Assembly: GCA_963702425.1 (NCBI GenBank)
Contig: CAVPCQ010000006.1
Span: 381,014-445,013 of the forward strand
Source of the DNA: an uncultured Acidobacteriota bacterium
Lineage (GTDB): Bacteria; Acidobacteriota; Polarisedimenticolia; J045
DNA: 64,000 nt
Direction: 5' to 3'
The first letter of the stretch is position 1. Each line of letters begins with the position of its first letter. A program made the translations under genes and the position numbers. The notes below the pieces were generated by a model. That model worked only from the letters and a program-made list of their open reading frames with translations. It was not told where the DNA came from and searched no databases. This document shows positions 60,922 to 64,000 of the stretch, piece after piece.

Positions 60922-63021
60922 TCAGCGCGGATCCGCGGGAAAGTCCCGTTCGCTCCGGATCCGTTCCGCGATCTCGCTCGAGAGCTGCTCCTGGACTCGC
61001 AGGGAGCGGTCCCGGGGGGCGACGACCTCCTGCTCCTCTCCTCCGCTCGACTGGAAGAGCCGTTCCGCTCCTCCCGCCTCGCGCACGAGCTTCCACCCGC
61101 CGATCCGAACGGCCCGCGTCCGGTTGCCGCCGGGCTCGCTCGCCGCCTCCGCGAAAACCGGCCCGGACCCGGGATCGCGCTCGTCGGGGGACGAGGCGCC
61201 GAGGAAGCGGGACAGGTCCTCCCCTTCCACGTCCCGGGCTCCGCCCAGCCTCAGCAAGCCGAGCAGCGTCGGCGCCACGTCGACCAGCGAAGTCGGCCCA
61301 CCGACGCGGGCCGCGGCGGCAACCCCGGGGCCAGCCACGAGCCACGGGACCCGCACCACGCCGTCCGCAAGCCCGGATCCTCCTTCGATCCACACCCCCT
61401 CCTCGCCGAGCGGGATGCCGACCTCGGCCGTGATCACGACGAGGGTGCGATGGAGTTCGCCGCGCTCGAGCAGTAGTTGCTGGAGCGCCCCGACCGCCGC
61501 GTCCGCGGTGGCGACCGCCACGCGGTAGCCTTCCATCCAGGCGGCGAGCGAGCGGCTCCGTTCGCGATCGTCGACCCAGTCGGGCGGGTCCCGGAGCGGA
61601 GCCGCCAGATCACGTCGATCGCCCGCCACGGCGATCGCGTCGCTGCCGCCGCGGGGCGGGGCGGGGCGGGGCCACGCCGGCTCCCCGATCTCGACCCAGG
61701 CGCACCAGGGGACCCCGGGGGGCAGCTTCCGGACCCACTCGCGGAAGTGCTCGAGCGCCTGTCGCGGGCTGCGCACCGGACGGGCGTCGCCCGGCATCGC
61801 TCCGCGCGCCAGCCGGCCGAAGGTGAAGCGCGCCAGCCAGTCGGAGATCGCGGCCACGTCCTCGTAGGTCTCGAACAGGGTGTCCAGGCCGGTGTTCCGG
61901 CCCTCGAGCGGCCGGGCCGAGACGAACGCCGCACAGCGATAGCCGTTGGCCGTGAGCCGTTCCGGCAGCCCCTCGATCCCCGGGCGAAGCGCGTCCCCCT
62001 CGTCACGCAGCCCGTGGCTCGTCGGATAGAGCCCCGTCAGCAGGGAGGCCGCAGCCGCCGGCGCGACGCGCGAGGGGGTCACCGTGTCGCGGAAGCACGC
62101 CCCCTGCTCGGCGAGCGCATCGAGCACGGGCGTGGCGATGGTGGTCCCCCCGTAGGCCCCGACGGCGTCGGCTCGGAGCCCGGTGATGGTCACGATCAGG
62201 ACATTGGGATAGGCGCCGACGGCGCTCCCCTCTCCTCGCAGCGCCGCACCGCTCAAGGCCCAGGCCCCGATCGTCAGCGCCAGCCCGCCGGCCAGCGCGA
62301 GCGCGAGCGTGAATCGCCCGGCGACGACCTGCAGCCAGGCAGCGGGCAGCAGGAAGCAGAAGATCGCGAGCCCCGCGAGGAAGGCGGAGGCGGTCCCGAG
62401 CAGGACGAGTGGCGTGCGCTCCGCCGCCGCCAGGGGCGGCCCGAGCAGGAGCGCGAACGGGCCGGCCGCGAGCAGCGCCGCGGCCGTCCATCGTCCCGCC
62501 TCGTAGCGCCCGGCGCGACGCCCTTCCCAGCGCGGGAAGAGCGTCGCAACGAGAGCCCCGATCAACGCGGCGAATCCCGCAGAAAGGGCCACCGCCGCGA
62601 GACCGGAGGCCGCGAAGGCCCCGAAGGCGGGTGCCGACGACGACGCGAGGCGCGAGGAAAGGAGCACCCGCACCCCGTCCGCCAGAGCGATCGCGGCGCC
62701 GAAACCGGCGCCGAGCACCGCCCCGCCCCGTGCCGCGCGGCCCGGAGTCGCGGGCAGATCCCGCGGCGGCAGCCCGAGGCGGGCGAAGGCATGCAGCACG
62801 CGAGCCTCGAGCCCCCCCGTGCGTGAACCCAGCAGGACCCGCACCCCGGCCAGCAGGCCCAGCAGCGCTAGCGGAACGAGAGCGTGGCGCAGCGGGAGTC
62901 GGGTGTTCCCCAGCTCGACGGTCGCCCCGCCGCTGCCGAGCACCACCAGCACCGCCGCGGCGGCCAGCACCAATCCGACGTTGACGGCGCGCGCGGCGCG
63001 CTGCCGGGACAGCGGTTCCAC
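60922..63021 (-). CDS. membrane-anchored sulfatase-fold protein (catalytic residues degenerate)
   Basis: multi-TM N-terminus; PNVLIVTITGLRAD, TPVLDALA, ASLLTGLYP, DVAPTLL. Confidence 0.8.
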   Translation of the reverse strand: MEPLSRQRAARAVNVGLVLAAAAVLVVLGSGGATVELGNTRLPLRHALVPLALLGLLAGVRVLLGSRTGGLEARVLHAFARLGLPPRDLPATPGRAARGGAVLGAGFGAAIALADGVRVLLSSRLASSSAPAFGAFAASGLAAVALSAGFAALIGALVATLFPRWEGRRAGRYEAGRWTAAALLAAGPFALLLGPPLAAAERTPLVLLGTASAFLAGLAIFCFLLPAAWLQVVAGRFTLALALAGGLALTIGAWALSGAALRGEGSAVGAYPNVLIVTITGLRADAVGAYGGTTIATPVLDALAEQGACFRDTVTPSRVAPAAAASLLTGLYPTSHGLRDEGDALRPGIEGLPERLTANGYRCAAFVSARPLEGRNTGLDTLFETYEDVAAISDWLARFTFGRLARGAMPGDARPVRSPRQALEHFREWVRKLPPGVPWCAWVEIGEPAWPRPAPPRGGSDAIAVAGDRRDLAAPLRDPPDWVDDRERSRSLAAWMEGYRVAVATADAAVGALQQLLLERGELHRTLVVITAEVGIPLGEEGVWIEGGSGLADGVVRVPWLVAGPGVAAAARVGGPTSLVDVAPTLLGLLRLGGARDVEGEDLSRFLGASSPDERDPGSGPVFAEAASEPGGNRTRAVRIGGWKLVREAGGAERLFQSSGGEEQEVVAPRDRSLRVQEQLSSEIAERIRSERDFPADPR

Positions 63022-63166
63022 GGCTCAGCGCCGCCGAGGCCGCGCTACGGCCCGGCACCATGCGGGAATGGACGGCATCGAATCGCTATTCTAGGCGTCG
63101 CCCGAACGGGCGCCATGACGGAGCCGGCGGCTGCCGCCGCCGGCCATTCCACCCGAGGACGAGGCC

Positions 63167-63523
63167 GTGACCGACACCCTGGACGGGACCGCGCTTCCCC
63201 CAGACCACACTTTCGCGCGACGTATCGAGGTCCTGCTCGGCGAGCTGGTGGAACACCAGGAGCGGCGCCTGGTCGCGCTCGGCCGACGCCTCTATCCCGA
63301 GCTGTCGCGCGACGACCTGCACAACTTCGACGACGTCCCGCTGCTCGCCGGGGATCCGCATTTCGCTTACGAGGACGGGCACTACGCCGGGCTGCTGGCG
63401 GCCCAGATGGCGGTCCGGGCGCTGCTCCGCCAGCAGGGATCCGCGGGCGGCCTGAGTCCAGCCCCCGGGCCGGAGCGGCCGGAGGGTGCTATCGTTCCGG
63501 GTCCGGACGACTGCGCCCGATGA
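63167..63523 (+). CDS. hypothetical protein
   Basis: GAGG RBS; DDLHNFDDVPLL...FAYEDG; ATGA overlap with next gene. Confidence 0.7.
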   Translation: MTDTLDGTALPPDHTFARRIEVLLGELVEHQERRLVALGRRLYPELSRDDLHNFDDVPLLAGDPHFAYEDGHYAGLLAAQMAVRALLRQQGSAGGLSPAPGPERPEGAIVPGPDDCAR

Positions 63524-63999
63524 TCATCTGCCTGCATCCCGACGCCGACCCCGCCGCCGTGGGCGAGCGCCTTGCCGCGCTCGGACTCTGGGTCGACCGC
63601 TACGAAGGGGAGGGCGGGCGGACCCTGTTCGCCGTCCACCCTGGATCGACCGAAGCGGCTCAGGAGGCGATCGCGGTGATCGACGGTGTTGCCGAGGTAC
63701 TCTCCCGGCCCGGCGGCACGCCGCGCCTGGCCTCACTTCCCGCCGCGATCGATGTCGCGGGGGTTTCGTTCGGCGCGGGTCAGCGGCCGGTCGTCATGGC
63801 CGGCCCGTGCAGCGTGGAGTCCGAAGAGCAGATCGACGCGATCGCCCGGCAGCTGGCCCGGATCGGCGCCCGCTTTCTCCGCGGCGGGGCGTTCAAGCCG
63901 CGGACCAGTCCCTATTCGTTCCGCGGACACGGCGAGCCGGCGCTCGGCTGGCTGTCGGCGGCAGCGCGCGCCCACGGGCTGCGCGTCGTCTCCGAGGCG
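63520..63999 (+). CDS. aroF: DAHP synthase class I-beta, N-terminal part (3' truncated)
   Basis: translated from ATG 63520: MAGPCSVES, LRGGAFKPRTSPYSF. Confidence 0.93.
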   Translation, partial: MIICLHPDADPAAVGERLAALGLWVDRYEGEGGRTLFAVHPGSTEAAQEAIAVIDGVAEVLSRPGGTPRLASLPAAIDVAGVSFGAGQRPVVMAGPCSVESEEQIDAIARQLARIGARFLRGGAFKPRTSPYSFRGHGEPALGWLSAAARAHGLRVVSEA

Positions 64000-64000
64000 C

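Overview
High-GC (roughly 70-75% by eye) diderm bacterial chromosome segment; the gene set and protein style suggest Acidobacteriota, which is an inference only. It is mostly housekeeping, envelope and signalling genes: trxB end, EnvC-like M23 protein, two histidine kinases, a sigma54 activator, iscS-like, ileS, lspA, lgt, RluA-family synthase, glgC, pruA, argS, a peptide ABC transporter, larE-like, ndk, sucCD, dacB, bamA and the start of a DAHP synthase. The unusual content is: (1) two copies of a ~370-400 bp intergenic composite element, each with two inverted 32-40 bp hairpins sharing an invariant 15-nt loop, covarying outer arms and a central G.U-rich foldback; (2) a 1148-bp integrase-less islet at tRNA-Gly(CCC) carrying one secreted Cys-rich protein; (3) a ~2870-aa Cys-rich secreted subtilase split by one frameshift and followed by an IS1634-like relic; (4) several apparent pseudo-enzymes; (5) an IleRS with variant signature motifs and a ~90-aa insertion; (6) lgt lacking its stop codon at a G6 run. 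All assignments come from motif recognition by eye; no searches were run.
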